From Eledone cirrhosa (lineage: Eukaryota): 64,000 bases of DNA. How positions within the stretch are numbered: the first letter of the stretch is position 1; the number at the start of each line of letters is the position of its first letter. Where the stretch lies: NCBI GenBank assembly GCA_964016885.1, contig OZ024740.1:327050001-327114000 (forward strand), given 5' to 3'. The position numbers and the translations under genes were made by a program. Below are positions 1 through 14,073 of the stretch, in pieces. Under the pieces are notes generated by a model. The model was given only the letters and a program-made list of their open reading frames with translations. It was not told the origin of the DNA and made no database searches.

Positions 1-299
1 AACTTATGTATATATCGTAAATACACAAATATACATGCTATTTCGCGAGAAGTACACTCCTAGTTTAGGTGTGATTTCTGTTTAGTTTCTCAAGACAGTA
101 ACAAAATGCTAGTTTTCTAAACATTACTTCTTCTTGTATGCACTTAGTGGAGCCATGTCAGATCGATCCATCATTATGTTCAATTGTTCCTGGTTTTGTT
201 ACTATAATTAATATTATTTGTATTTGATTTGTTTCTAATTATTTCTAATTATTATTATTATTATTATTTTCATACAGCAGTATGCATACATAACCATAC

Positions 300-402
<103 letters not shown>

Positions 403-403
403 A

Positions 404-493
<90 letters not shown>

Positions 494-526
494 ATATACA
501 TATATATATATACGTATATGTATATA

Positions 527-577
<51 letters not shown>

Positions 578-579
578 AT

Positions 580-611
<32 letters not shown>

Positions 612-661
612 GTATATATATATGTATATATATATATGTATATATATATACATATACATAC

Positions 662-696
<35 letters not shown>

Positions 697-761
697 ATTT
701 TGTATGTGTGTATATATATATATATGTATATATATATGTATATATATATACATATACATAC

Positions 762-798
<37 letters not shown>

Positions 799-1411
799 AT
801 TTTGTATGTGTGTAAGTATGTGTGTGTGTGTGTGAATGTATGTGTATGTGTGAGAAAAAACAAAAGGATAGAAAGAAGTGGTAGATGTGTGTGTGTGTTT
901 GTGTGAGAGTGTGTTAGTAAGGTGTGTGTGTTTGTGTGAGAGTGTGTTAGTAAGGTGTGTAACTACAGGAATGGATTTTTTCCGAAAACCTCCTCGAAAG
1001 CCAGACAAGGCAAGTCAAGATTCCAGAATTTTTATTAACGTTATTGTGCTGGAAATAATACGACCAATAACAATACAATATATATATAATAAAGAAGTCA
1101 ATCTAACGCAACACGACAAACTACTTAATTCCTCCACAAAATTGTTAATGTTGCTTGAAAATCTACTTTCTTCTTTCATTTTATATAGGCTTTGTTAATT
1201 ATTTTCGTTTCATTTTCTGAGGAGAGAGACCATTATGTATGTTCCGTCCAGTGAATATTGTACAAGTACAGCTTTGAAAAAGGAGTGGTTGAAGAATTGT
1301 GAATATATATAGAATGCACAAATACTATGTATATTTATTGCATGTATTCTGTGTTATGTAGAATCAATGGAAGCTTTTTTAATTCTTCATAACATTTACT
1401 TAATGAGTCTC

Positions 1412-1616
1412 ATAATATTGGCACAGGGCCAGCAATTTGGAGGAAGGAGAAAGTCGATTATATCAACCCCAGTACTTAACTGGTACTTTATTTTATCAAA
1501 ACCGGAAGGATGAAAGGCAAATTTGACCTCAGCGGGATTTGAACTCAGAACGTAGAAATTGTAACTAAATATAGCAAAGCATTTTATGCGACACTCTACC
1601 GATACTGCCAATTTAC
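1412..1616 (-). mobile_element. tRNA-derived SINE, diverged
   Basis: Same B box and core as 10721-10906. Confidence 0.8.
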
Positions 1617-1659
1617 CATCCTCATATTTACTAAATAATAACGGGCCAATGAGAGAGTC

Positions 1660-2140
1660 TTTGTTTGGTCGCTTGGCCTGCTAAGGTTGGCAGCCATATT
1701 TTCCTCAAACTGTACTTTAATATCTGAAATAAAGCAAGGATGCATTGCATAATGTGGGTCAGCTATATTGTTCTTTTAGAAAAAAGAAACAAAATATATA
1801 GATTGAATGGTCATGGTTTGAATGGCTTTAATCATCAGCCTGCTCAATTAGGGTCAACTTAGAGTTAAATAACAACAGCAACAATTTACTTAATAGCAAA
1901 GCCATTAAGTTCTAACTGTTGTGGTATCATGTCGGATGTAGTATTTGTTTTTGTTTAATCTCACCCTGGACCTGATCAAGCAGAACTATGATCAAAGACG
2001 TTACATCCTAATTTTCCCGTCATATATAGGACTACATTATTCAAATTTGTTCTTTCTTTTTAATGACAGTAGCGTGTGATTTATAAGCTATTTTGTAGTA
2101 GATATCTCTACCCAATCGAACAACTGTGCAGTGACGTCGC
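1660..2140. repeat. Two oppositely oriented copies of a second, old dispersed repeat family
   Basis: Shared words (gctagaaatagcag-like, ctcaaatcaca, ataatgtagtcct, tgatcataggtctgctc-like) recur near 20390-20560, 22780-22960, 39405-39570, 40015-40130 and 60770-60925. Confidence 0.55.
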
Positions 2141-2321
2141 TTCCCGTTGGAGGATCTCGAACTGGATCGTGGAAGATGTAGTATTATGATGATGTATATG
2201 AACAATGTCACATTGGCTGTAAAGCGGTGTAATGGTTACGAGAAATTACTTGTGTGCGCTTTAGCACTATGAAGAAAACTGTAGTAAAATCCCAACCGCT
2301 TGGCACGCGCTCGGGGTTTTA

Positions 2322-2444
<123 letters not shown>

Positions 2445-3657
2445 TTGTATACATGTATATATATTAACGTTTGTGCATGTGTTTGCGTATTTGTACATAC
2501 ACACGGAACAACGATGAAGCATCTCCTTAGTTGCCTTGCATTTAAGAAATAGAAAACACTAAACTCTTCATCCAAACTCAATCTACAATCTAGGTATTAT
2601 ATATTATCTCTAAAAATAAAAGAAGACGGGATGGTCACAGCTAGAATGTCTTGATGGATGGCAAATTGGTTGAAGCGTCGGCGCCTTCGACAAAACGCTG
2701 TACATTCTGAGATAAATTCTCGCTGGGGTCAAGTTTCCCCTGCAGCTTGTCCACTCTGTTTCAAGTATTTGTTTGTTTCAAAGTTTTCGGCATGAAGATA
2801 CCTTTCCCATCCCTGCATGGAGGTTTCCCATCATGGAGGTTGCTCAAATAGACATGGATACTGTTCTTTCTTTCTATTATAAAGAAATTCTAAATCTGTC
2901 CAATCTCAGACAGCTTAAGGCTAAATAAACAACAACAATTAAAATTTATGTAATTGTTTACAGAAAGACGCTAATGTTATGGAGTTTCAGTTCGTATTTT
3001 AATCAAGATTGCACCAACAATATATATTCTTTTTTTTATGGAAAAATAAATGTTTTATCTCAATACATGTGTTTCCCTCACTAAGTTGGCTTTAAAATCT
3101 TTGATAATTACATAAATATGAAAAAGAAAAGATAAAAACAAATTTAAGTAATGAGAAAAGGGGGAAGGGGGAAGAGCAGATCTGGATGGGATCAGTATGG
3201 GAAAGTAAAGGAAATGCATACAAATGTCATAAATGAGAGAAAAAGGAGGGAAAAGGCAAGGAATCTTGGGTCACAGAAGAAAGGGGGTGGGTGATGGGCT
3301 CTGGGTCTAGGGTGAAGGAGTGTTTGGGTTGTGTCTGAAGGATGAATGAAAATATATATTCTTAATTTTGTGCTTACATCACAACGAAACCATTTATGTG
3401 ACACAATATGAAAACTTAAGTAATAATAGTCTAACAAATATTATTTTGCATTATTCTCTGATCTGAAGTTAGATATGTCAGAAACTCATTCCAATAAGTT
3501 GTGTGATACGACATGTCACGTGTACACAGAAAAAGCAGCGTCTTCAGTAGCAGCCTCTATAATTTCCTTTCTTTTTCTCTTCATCACTCTCGATTATTGG
3601 GACTCTCTGTTTTGTTAGTCTGCATTTCCCCCACTCTCATTCTCGGTCCCTCCCTCT

Positions 3658-3713
<56 letters not shown>

Positions 3714-3782
3714 AAAAAGAGATGAAATCGAAAATGCAACTGAAGTCTTATTTTTTTAAAAAATATATATATTTATTTGGTT

Positions 3783-3820
3783 CCTTTACCGGTTTCGCAG
3801 TTCTTCTGCTTTTCAAAAGG
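3783..3820 (-). ncRNA. Hammerhead ribozyme, family A (inverted arm)
   Basis: Exact reverse complement of 3905-3942. Confidence 0.8.
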
Positions 3821-3904
3821 TGAGTTGAGATGGAGGGTCTGTGGTTTTTCTCACATGGTTTTTCTCAGATGTGAGAAAAACCACAGACCCTCCATCTCAA
3901 CTCA

Positions 3905-3942
3905 CCTTTTGAAAAGCAGAAGAACTGCGAAACCGGTAAAGG
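3905..3942 (+). ncRNA. Type I hammerhead ribozyme, U3-A8 core variant (family A)
   Basis: cctt-TTGAAAA-gcag aagaa ctgc-GAAA-ccgg-TA-aagg: stem I, stem II and a palindromic stem III. Confidence 0.8.
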
Positions 3943-4075
3943 AACCAAATAAATATATATATTTAAAAAAAAAAAATAAGACTTCAGTTGCATTTTCGAT
4001 TTTATCTCTTTTTCTTTATACTTTCACTCGTGTAGGACACCTCGGTTATTTTTCATTTTGTAAAAAAAACCTCAC

Positions 4076-4175
<100 letters not shown>

Positions 4176-4861
4176 GTGTGTGTGTGTGTGAGTGTAATAT
4201 ATATATATATATCCTGCTATTAATTTTGTCTCTCACTCTTTTAAGTTGTGGATTAGACTGGTTATCTACACACGCGGCTGACATATTTCAGCTCGCTACT
4301 ATATTGCTATATAATGGATGATCGCATTTAAAGTCCGTTAAAGGTTATTGGCATTACCGTTGTTACCATCGCTTTCCTCTAGCCATGGGGCTTGGAGACA
4401 TGAACCGAATGCTACCATTCTATTTTATATCAATGTGAACTGCTATTTCTAATAGCCATCTTTTCACCCCTTGATAATTTGTGTGAGACACGTTGGCTGA
4501 GGTCTTTTGACGGGAACGGAAAGATTGATTCTTTAGCTTCCTGTCCCCACGTAAAATTTGTAAATCAGTGGCTAGTTGGGAGATAGAGTCCTATCGGGTG
4601 CCAGTTGCTAATAGCTTTACCGTGTCAGTCGTCACAAACAGACATGGCCGGCATAGACTGGTCGTAGGATTCTGTTGATCGATTGGTTATTGATTAGGCG
4701 ATACCCGCTGAAGAAGCCGCATAAGCCGATTGTGCATTGTTGCATACTATATGCAGACAGATGGTGCAGTGCACCTTGCTGCTGCATTAGAATGTATCTT
4801 ACATGGAGCATGCTGAGATACAACCGGTACTGGCATTGATAAATATGGTGGGTCCGTCAAC

Positions 4862-4909
<48 letters not shown>

Positions 4910-5141
4910 GGAAAAAATGAAACAAAATTTCATTTCTCACTCTTAGTACGGCTGTTACTTAAATATAAGTATGTATACGTACATACATATATGTATACAG
5001 ACGTACAGTAGTATGTATATCTATATACATACATGCACACATATATATATATATATATGTGCATGTATGTATATATATATATACATACTACTGTACGTCT
5101 GTATACATATATGTATGTACGTATACATACTTATATATATA

Positions 5142-5218
<77 letters not shown>

Positions 5219-5339
5219 GTATGCATATGTGTATATAATGTAAAATATGAAAATTAAAATTTTAATAATATACACGTACTGTTGTCTATATGAGAACCAC
5301 GACTTCTACTGCTGCTACTCCTCCTCCTCCTCCTCCTCA

Positions 5340-5387
<48 letters not shown>

Positions 5388-5395
5388 AGCATTAA

Positions 5396-5490
5396 TAATT
5401 GTTTCTACTTTTGGCACAAAGCCAGCAATTATCCCAGTGTATTACTGGTACTTTATTTTATCGACGCCGTAAGGATGAAATGCAAAGTTA
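5396..5490 (-). mobile_element. SINE 3' half with a (TAG)n tail
   Basis: Matches the SINE core and 3' end. Confidence 0.8.
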
Positions 5491-5586
5491 GTAAATAAAT
5501 GGTATTGTCGCTGTTGTTGTTATTGTTCTTGTTGCTATTTCAGAGCTGAAAGTAAGCCCAAAAATACATGAATCTTAATTAAAAAT

Positions 5587-5653
<67 letters not shown>

Positions 5654-5724
5654 GTGATTGCATTAGTGAATGGATGCTGATAATCATATTCGGCTGTATA
5701 TGTTCATTTATCTTATATACATAT

Positions 5725-5823
<99 letters not shown>

Positions 5824-6239
5824 TGTGCTTTAGTGTGTCTGTGTCTATATATGTTTCTTTCCTATTCTTCACTTTATTTTCTCTTAAAAGTAAATTTATT
5901 AAAAATAATTCCATGGGAAATATAGTCTGAGATTAAAATGATTGCCAATCGAACTGCAGTAGCGTTATCATCACCAAGAGAATACACACCAAGAGAGAAC
6001 AGCAGTAAGTGTACCAGCGACACCAGAAGCACCATGGTTCCAATTATAATAACAAAGAAGTTTTTGCTGCATGCATATGCCTTCCTATTAGATAGCAATG
6101 TTAACGATAATGCTTAGCATGATGGGTTACAATTTAATTTCTCATTCAATATACAGACTCATTGTTGCATACACATATGTATGTATGCATGTATGCATGT
6201 ATGCATGTATGTATGTATGTATATATATATATGTATATA

Positions 6240-6323
<84 letters not shown>

Positions 6324-6411
6324 AATTCCGTCGGAAAGGTCCAGGAAAAAAGAGTGCTCTATGTAGGTTACATAGCTTAATAGTTATGTAATAAACAACG
6401 TAAGGCAATTA

Positions 6412-6472
6412 TTTCATTTACCAGTGGTTTCTTAAAAGCAAACAAATTTTGCTTTCAATCATCAGAATGAAA
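6412..6472 (-). ncRNA. Hammerhead ribozyme, family C (inverted arm)
   Basis: Reverse complement of 6540-6600. Confidence 0.9.
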
Positions 6473-6539
6473 AATTCCTGGTGTATTTATTGACATTGGT
6501 TTTTTTAAAAATCCAGTGTCAATAAATACACCAGGATTT

Positions 6540-6600
6540 TTTCATTCTGATGATTGAAAGCAAAATTTGTTTGCTTTTAAGAAACCACTGGTAAATGAAA
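6540..6600 (+). ncRNA. Canonical type I hammerhead ribozyme (family C)
   Basis: tttcatt-CTGATGA-ttgaaagcaaa atttg tttgcttttaa-GAAA-cca c tgg-TA-aatgaaa. Confidence 0.9.
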
Positions 6601-6649
6601 TAATTGCCTTATGTTGTTTATTACATAACTATATATATATATATATATA

Positions 6650-7179
6650 TTGGTAAACGGAATAGAAAATGCTGACAAATTGTTCACAGTTAAAAAATGG
6701 TTTAATTAGGAATAAAAGAGTATTAGTGATTGTATGGGTTAGTATTCAGTTGTGGTTTTAAGTTTTTAAGTTTTTACCGGTTGCGCATTTCTAAATGCTT
6801 TTCAAAAATAATTTTGAGATAGAGTGTCCGTGCTGTTTGCCCTGATCTGATTAGTTTTGGGAATTCTACCTGTTTTTATGTTAAAAAAGTGGCTCCAGCG
6901 TTATTTTTGTGTTGCAAAAATGCTTGTGGTCAAAACAATTTTGATTGGTCGGTAGAGGTCATGTGAATGTAAAAAGTTGATTTTGCGCCAAGACTGTTTT
7001 TATGTTAAAAAAGTGGCTCCAGCAAAAATTCTTGGTCAAAACAATTTTGATTGGTCGGTAGAGGTCATGTGGATAAACAATTGGTTTTGCGCCAAGATTG
7101 AGAAATGACTCTTTCACCGGTTGCGCATTTCTAAATGCTTTTCAAAAATAATTTTGAGATAGAGTGTCCGTGCTGTTTG

Positions 7180-7186
<7 letters not shown>
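6650..7186 (-). mobile_element. Non-autonomous family-B Penelope pLTR copy with a partial direct terminal repeat
   Basis: 6650-7116 is nearly identical to 34458-34925. 6776-6846 is repeated at 7116-7186. Flanked by (TA)n on both sides. Confidence 0.88.
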
Positions 7187-7238
<52 letters not shown>

Positions 7239-7846
7239 TTTGAAATATGTGAATAGAATATATTGTGTATTATCCTGGATATATGATCCTTTCTCACTCT
7301 CTATATATACATATATCTTTTAATTTTGATTCATATATATATATATTTGACTCTAACCATTATTTTAAGTATTACCACCCCACATTAATTCCTCAATTTG
7401 TATGTGTGGATGTGTGTGTGTGTCTGTGGAGGTGGCTGTGAGTGTACTTGCAAGCCAACCTACATAAGTCTTTTTATTTGTAAATTTTCTACTCTAACCA
7501 TCATTTTCAGTAGTACCACCCCACATAAATTCCTCATTTTAAGAATGACCTGTAGTATCTATTTCATACTATTAACCTTAATTGAATATATATCTGACCA
7601 GGAATGCTTTTTGTGAAAATCAGTCATATGGAATTATTATCATCTTGCCTGACGGTTTGAACTTTACAACACCACCTGCCTCTTTGAGGTCAAATACCAA
7701 CCCTACTAGCACCTACAAACTGACCAATGAGAATTAAGACTATTCCTGCTGACAACATTAAATTATTCCTAACAAGCTCATATGTCCCAAGGCTCTGATA
7801 CCATCAACACTATAAACACAGAGCTGGCATATCTAAGAAAAGACTA

Positions 7847-7902
7847 ACTGCCTGATGAGGTCATATCCATTCAATGGCTATCATCGAAATATATATAGCA
7901 GT
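7847..7902 (+). ncRNA. Type I hammerhead ribozyme (family D; element at least 7781-7948)
   Basis: actgc-CTGATGA-ggtcatatccatt c aatggctatcatc-GAAA-tatata-TA-gcagt. Confidence 0.85.
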
Positions 7903-7943
7903 AAATAAAGTATTATGAGTTCATGCAATTGACTTATGCTTCG

Positions 7944-8015
<72 letters not shown>

Positions 8016-10364
8016 AAGGTATACGTACATATGACTACGCACTCTATATATAGAGAAATATGAAGGCTACATTAGATAATGTTGTCTCGGTTACAATATA
8101 TACAAATAATGGATAGAAATGTCGGGGTTGGAACCGAGATTATAAATCTTCTCGATCATGGCTGATTTCAAATTATGTAAAAATAAAAAAAAATAGATGT
8201 TAAAAGTTTAGAAAATGAATGCAGTTAATAACCATTTATTTTTTCTATCGGCATGATTGTGTATTTATATATGTGTTATTGTCGCCAGCTTGAAGATTTA
8301 AGAAAAATACATTAGAACAATTGAAGATTTAAGAAAAAATTTCGAATAAAGTTCACTATCAGCTTCCGAAAAGAGTTATTTTGCTTTCCAAAATAATTAG
8401 AATTCGCAGGGGTTCTGCTAAAGATGAAGTTAATGACTATTGTGTTCTAACTAGTGTTATATTTTCTGATGGATTGTAATTCTTTATAATCGATTGGAAT
8501 TTGCAATTTGTATTTAACATTTCAATGTATTAAATTTTTAGAAATGTCTTATGATTCTTTACACCACACTGATTATAATGAACATTACAAAGTTTCAATT
8601 TTGTTCGGGGACATAAACTGTTATTTAAACCAGTTGGTGTCATACTTGGTTGGTATTTCTCTCATGAACCGAGGAAAGAAAGTTAGAAACGTCAATGGCA
8701 ATGGGATTGAAACTCACAAAGTAAAGAGAAGGGACCAAATGCTGTAAGGCGTTTTGTTTGCTGCCCTACCAATTCTATTGACCGCACTGTTTATAATAAC
8801 TTTTAACATTAAGACAGAACTACATATTTTTGGAAGAGTGTTTCTGTTTAATTAAACGTCAGTATTAACACTTATTTTATCGACCACAGTCAATCTGATG
8901 GACTTTGAGCCCTGAAGGAAAACTAACAAAACTAGATACTGCCATTTATATTATATCTAGGATATATGAATGAACAAGACGAGTAAACCACAAATCAATA
9001 AATAAATAAAAAATGATAATAAACTCATTCACGTGACTTCAAATACCAGAGTACTCAAGGGAGGAAGGAAAATTTGGCTACAAATACAGAACCGATAAAT
9101 CACGAGGGAAAATGAATGATTTGTCACAAGGACATCCACACGACTAGTATTTGTTACCCACTCAATAAAACCTTTTATCTCACATATTAGCACTACATGT
9201 TCAAACAGAGCTAAATAAATATCTTTGGAAATCTATAATATATACAGTTCAAATAATCATTAAACCCATTCTTGATAGCCTCCGAATATCCTTGATGCTA
9301 AAATATATGTGACATCCGACAACATTACAAACTTCATTATTAAAAAATAAACACCTATAAACACTTCTATTTAACCTTCCATACATACTAAAAATATAAA
9401 AAAATATTATCTCATACATCACTGAACTCACTTTCAATAAATCCCACGAGAAAATCTATTTCAAAATAGGACCGTGGATTGATAAGTTACCCTCAGGGAC
9501 TTACATTTACTAACCTTTGTGATGAATATAGTTACTGGATTGTGACAGACAATCTAGTAGTAGTTATGTTTATCATATGGTCAGCATAGCTTATCGATTA
9601 TCAAGGTAAAAAATATCAGTGAATATGTGCGAATGATCGGTATTTACATATGAACTAATACTCTGCAAACTAACTTAACAGACATAGATACGTACATACA
9701 TACATACATACATACATACATACATACAGACAGACAGACATACATACATACACGCATACATATATACATACATATATACATACATACACACATACATATA
9801 TATATACATGCATATATACATACATAAATACATACATGTTTTCATACATACATACATACATATATACATGCATACTTATATACATGCATGTACGTATGTA
9901 TATGTGGTGACAGTAATAGTGAGTTAGATATTCAGTTGTTTGTAATTTCCATTATATGACGGCAACAGTCCATATTAAAAAGGAAATGAGAGATCATAGA
10001 AATAATAATTCACACTAAGCATCCAGCTTGGACTATTTGCAGTTTTATAACATTGCATTTTGACAGTGACCTCCATGCTATCCTGGAGCAAGAAATCTCC
10101 ACTAGGTATATTCTAGATAAATGTAAGTAATGCAAAACCAAAATGACCGTTCCATCTTCTAGAAGCCAAAGTAGTCTAGAATAAAACAAGAACTAAGATA
10201 ACATCAGTCAATTAAATCGAGCACCGTGAGCCCAGTGCATCAAAAGAATACTAGTGGTAATCAGTAATCAAATGAAAATAACAGATATTGTAATTTATAA
10301 GCACAAAAGAGAAACATGCTATATTTCGGAAGTAAGTTACCCACATGAGATCAAGTTGGTAAAA

Positions 10365-10560
10365 ATTATGGTTTTTGATTGAGGCACAAAGACAACCAAT
10401 TTTGGGGAGGGGAAAGTCGATTAAGTCGACCCCAGTACATTACTTGTACTTTATTTTACCGACCTCGTAAGGATGAAAGGCAAAGCTTACCTCGGTGAGA
10501 TTTTAACTCAGAACGCAAAGGGAAGTAACTCTATACCACAAAGCAGGGTGTCTCACGCTC
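10365..10560 (-). mobile_element. SINE, diverged
   Basis: SINE core recognisable. Confidence 0.75.
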
Positions 10561-10720
10561 TAGTAGAAACAACTGATCTATAAATCACTGATGAGGAATA
10601 TGCAAATACAATAAACCAAATCTTCACTCAACATTATGTTCCAATCTGCTTTGATCAAAGTATTGCTAAATTTGGATTCTTTAAGAGAAAACGTAGTTCC
10701 ATTATTTATATGCTATAACC

Positions 10721-10906
10721 GGTGGATTGGCAGTATCGGTAGAGAGTCGGACGCCATGCTTTCCAGCATAGTTACGACCCTTTACGGTCTGAGTTCAAAT
10801 CACGCCGAGGTTAACTTTGCCTTTCATCCTTACGGGGTCGATAAAATAAAGTATCAGTAATGTACTGAGTAATTGCTGGCCTTGTGCCAAAAGTAGAAAC
10901 GGTTAT
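10721..10906 (+). mobile_element. tRNA-derived SINE, full length
   Basis: A-box-like TGGCAGTATCGG, B box GAGTTCAAATC, core GCCTTTCATCCTTACGGGGTCGATAAAATAAAGTA, end CCAAAAGTAGAAAC. Many copies in the window. Confidence 0.9.
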
Positions 10907-11145
10907 TTGTATGCTATAAATGATCATTATATAGCCGAAAATATCAATCTGCAAGACCATCTTAAAATATAAACGGTCAATGGCTGAACAAAATACGAAC
11001 AAGACAAGATATTATACGTGTCTTTCTTTATATATATATATAGTAATAATAATAAATTTGAAGACTAAAATCCAAAGAGAGCTCGATAAGGATAAATATA
11101 TATCAAATATATAAGAACCGTAGAGCAAATCTGTTATTTTAATAG

Positions 11146-11248
<103 letters not shown>

Positions 11249-11889
11249 TGTCTGTATGTATGTATTGTTTGCAATCATGCCAACGAGCGGGTAGTCATAC
11301 AAGATAAACATTGACATTTCAGTCAAGTGAATACATAAATATATAGATACAAGTTAAAAAATATATATTTGCTCCGCGCATTGAGTGCCAAAAGACAATT
11401 GAATAACTTTTCCAAATATACTATATCCATCTATACAATGGATGATAAGCCAGAAGGTTTCCTGGGAACCAATAAAGTTTGTATAAGTGTAACAACTACA
11501 ACAATAACAGCAACAGCCAAAAATCGAACCTATGATACAGGATCCAGTTTAGCTGAATATGTAATATCTTTCTTTACATAATCCTATCCAACAACGAAAT
11601 AAAAGTAAACGAATCTACAGCAGATATACTCTACACAATACAATTAGTCAGTTACAAATACAACGTGTATACAACCAGGATTATCCCTCAAAATACTCAT
11701 GCTTAATCAATAAAACCATGGAATTACAGCAAATCTAAATGACACAAGACTCACAATACTCACAATTATTCAGTAACAAAAACAGAAAATTAACGTTTTA
11801 TATGAGAAAAATGCCAACGTCCACTACAACTAAAAAGCTTCTCACTACCACTATCACCACCACCACCACCACCACCACCGCCACCACCA

Positions 11890-12075
11890 CCAAAGCCAAG
11901 TGGCAGGAGGTCCAGAGATAGACCATGACAAGATGGTGAAATAATCGGTTGGTCTCATTTGAGGATCTAGACTAGACGGATAACCGGTGACAGTTGCCTC
12001 AGAGAGGACCCGCTGAAAGGCGTGTATGGATATTCTGCCCTCAAGAAGAAGAAGAAGAAGAAGAAGAAGAAGAAG
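11890..12075 (+). mobile_element. Second RTE LINE 3' end with an (AAG)n tail
   Basis: Shares cggttggtc, aggacccgctg and ctcaagaagaag with 19975-20248; translates KPSGRRSRDRP. Confidence 0.65.
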
Positions 12076-12771
12076 CCAACAAATAAATAACCATCATACT
12101 CGAAAATAAGAAATTAAAACTAAAATTTAACCAAAACTTAAACCAACCGCTCCATAAATTAGAACAAAAATGAAATTTATAATGAACAATTAAAATTCAG
12201 AATTAGCACTTAAATTAAACAAATTAAACCAAAACGTGTTGATATTCACAATGATATACCTCACATTAGAATCAGGAAGAAACACTGCTCAAGACTCGTT
12301 ACATCACACCATTTGACTCATGAATTTAAAATAAATAATTATATTAGATTTAAGTAATGACCGAAAGAATATCATCGCGAATACAAGCGGCCGAAATGGG
12401 GTTCCTCCGAAGGGTCTTTAGAATAACGTTACTCGATAGAGTTGCATCATTCTCGATTAGTAATTTCAGTTAATCATTACTTCACCTTATCTCCAGGCAA
12501 CCTGGCATCGTGTTCGGATGAAATCGATTTCATACAACCTTGGTACAGATTAAAGAGATTTTAGATTACCTTCTGAAATAATTCCTCAATTGCCTTTGAC
12601 CCTTGTGGCAAATGAAAGAATTTATAGCTGCAACACAGACATGTTTTATATATGAATATATTTCGTTTGAATTTGAACTGTTTTGTTTGCACTTGCAATG
12701 ACATTTTAATCCTTAACTATGCACCGTACATGTAAATGTGTGACGTCTGAATGAGTATCCTCCACCTCCAA

Positions 12772-13085
12772 CTAACTTACCTTCCGCCTTTTGGTCCCGG
12801 CTGACAGGATGGAGAAAGCATTTCCTCGGAGGACGGCGAGGGAGACGAGTTGGATCAGCCAATCCACTTCGAAGCCAACTCCGCTCCGATAGCAGTGAAT
12901 AGGGATGTGATCCGGGGGCCCTAGACCGCCGGAAGTTTCCACTGTTACAGACTCTACCATAAATCTATCAGTGAGAGGCCGATTCTTGAACAGTTTGCCC
13001 TCTTCAGTCTGGCGGGAGGTAGAGCCGGGGCTGGTAGTCGAACGCACCAAGTTGCCACTAGAGAAAGTGTCACTACCGAGGCAAT
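12772..13085 (-). pseudogene. 3' fragment of a CRE-like non-LTR retrotransposon (restriction-like endonuclease C-terminus)
   Basis: GC-rich island translating DTFSSGNL...VTVETSGGLGP...WLIQLVSLAVLRGNAFSIL. Confidence 0.7.
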
Positions 13086-13919
13086 CTTAAAACGTATGAC
13101 TACATCACATTGAAAATTGACGGTTTTACTCTAATATATTTTTAATACTCTAATATATTTTTCACAACGTTCTGCCAACTAGTAAAATAACTATAAACAT
13201 TTGAATTAAGAAACCCCTTTGAAAATATTTTCTGCTGAATCATTACAGGTTAAGAGGTGGCTTTCAACAGCTTGTCCTGTTCGAAGCCGCATTAGTGAAC
13301 CATTTTTGAAAAAAAACATAAAATTGCACTAAGACTGCATCATATTAAACGGTCTTTACTATAATGCAGCAAAATTTCACAGCAAACTCTCCACTAGTGA
13401 GGATAATATAAATATTTGAATTAAGAAACCCATTTTTAGACGATTTCTGTTAAATTATTGCAGGGAGTTAAGAGTTTATAAACTGAAACTGATACAACAG
13501 TGTTTTAAATATTTAAAAATTGAAACGAACTAACGCTTTTAAATGCAAACAAAATCTCGTATATTTAAACACTTCAAATTGTACTGCGGTTAGAAATCCC
13601 CAAACCGAAATCAAGTTTTCCTTAAAAGAAAAAACAAACGTAACAAAAAGACTTTCCTTATTTAAAATATAAAATAATTGTCAGATCCTAAAATTCTGTT
13701 TCAAACACAGGAATCAGAAAAGCGTTTTTTGTAAATAGAAAACACATGATAAAAATATGTTAGAAGATTTTTCACCTGTGCAATACAATAAACGTATAGA
13801 TTGTAGACGTTAAAATTTATCTTTAACTAAATCAGTGAGAAAGAAGGAATGAGATAAAATGAGATAGAGATAGGTATATATATATATATGTGTATATATA
13901 TATGTATATATATGTACGT

Positions 13920-14027
<108 letters not shown>

Positions 14028-14073
14028 AAATAAAATAAATAAGTCAAATGTTTAAAATTTGGCTTCGTTTATT

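Larger units (their letters stand above)
6322..6632. mobile_element. Family C HHR-bearing fold-back element in (TA)n
   Basis: Near-perfect palindrome 6380-6632 centred near 6506, with an extra tail at 6322-6379. Confidence 0.85.

Noticed and set aside
3708-4020. Interpreting the fold-back elements as DNA-transposon MITEs
   Set aside because: Arms are unequal, the inversion point varies between copies, single-arm copies exist, and the arms contain HHR folds. True MITEs elsewhere in the window have fixed short TIRs.
7350-7536. ~46-bp direct repeats (also 13178-13255 vs 13393-13475, and 20-bp x3 at 60665-60724)
   Set aside because: Short local duplications with no LTR, TSD or coding features.
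10721-10810. tRNA gene
   Set aside because: A and B boxes are present but there is no cloverleaf, and it continues into the multi-copy SINE body.
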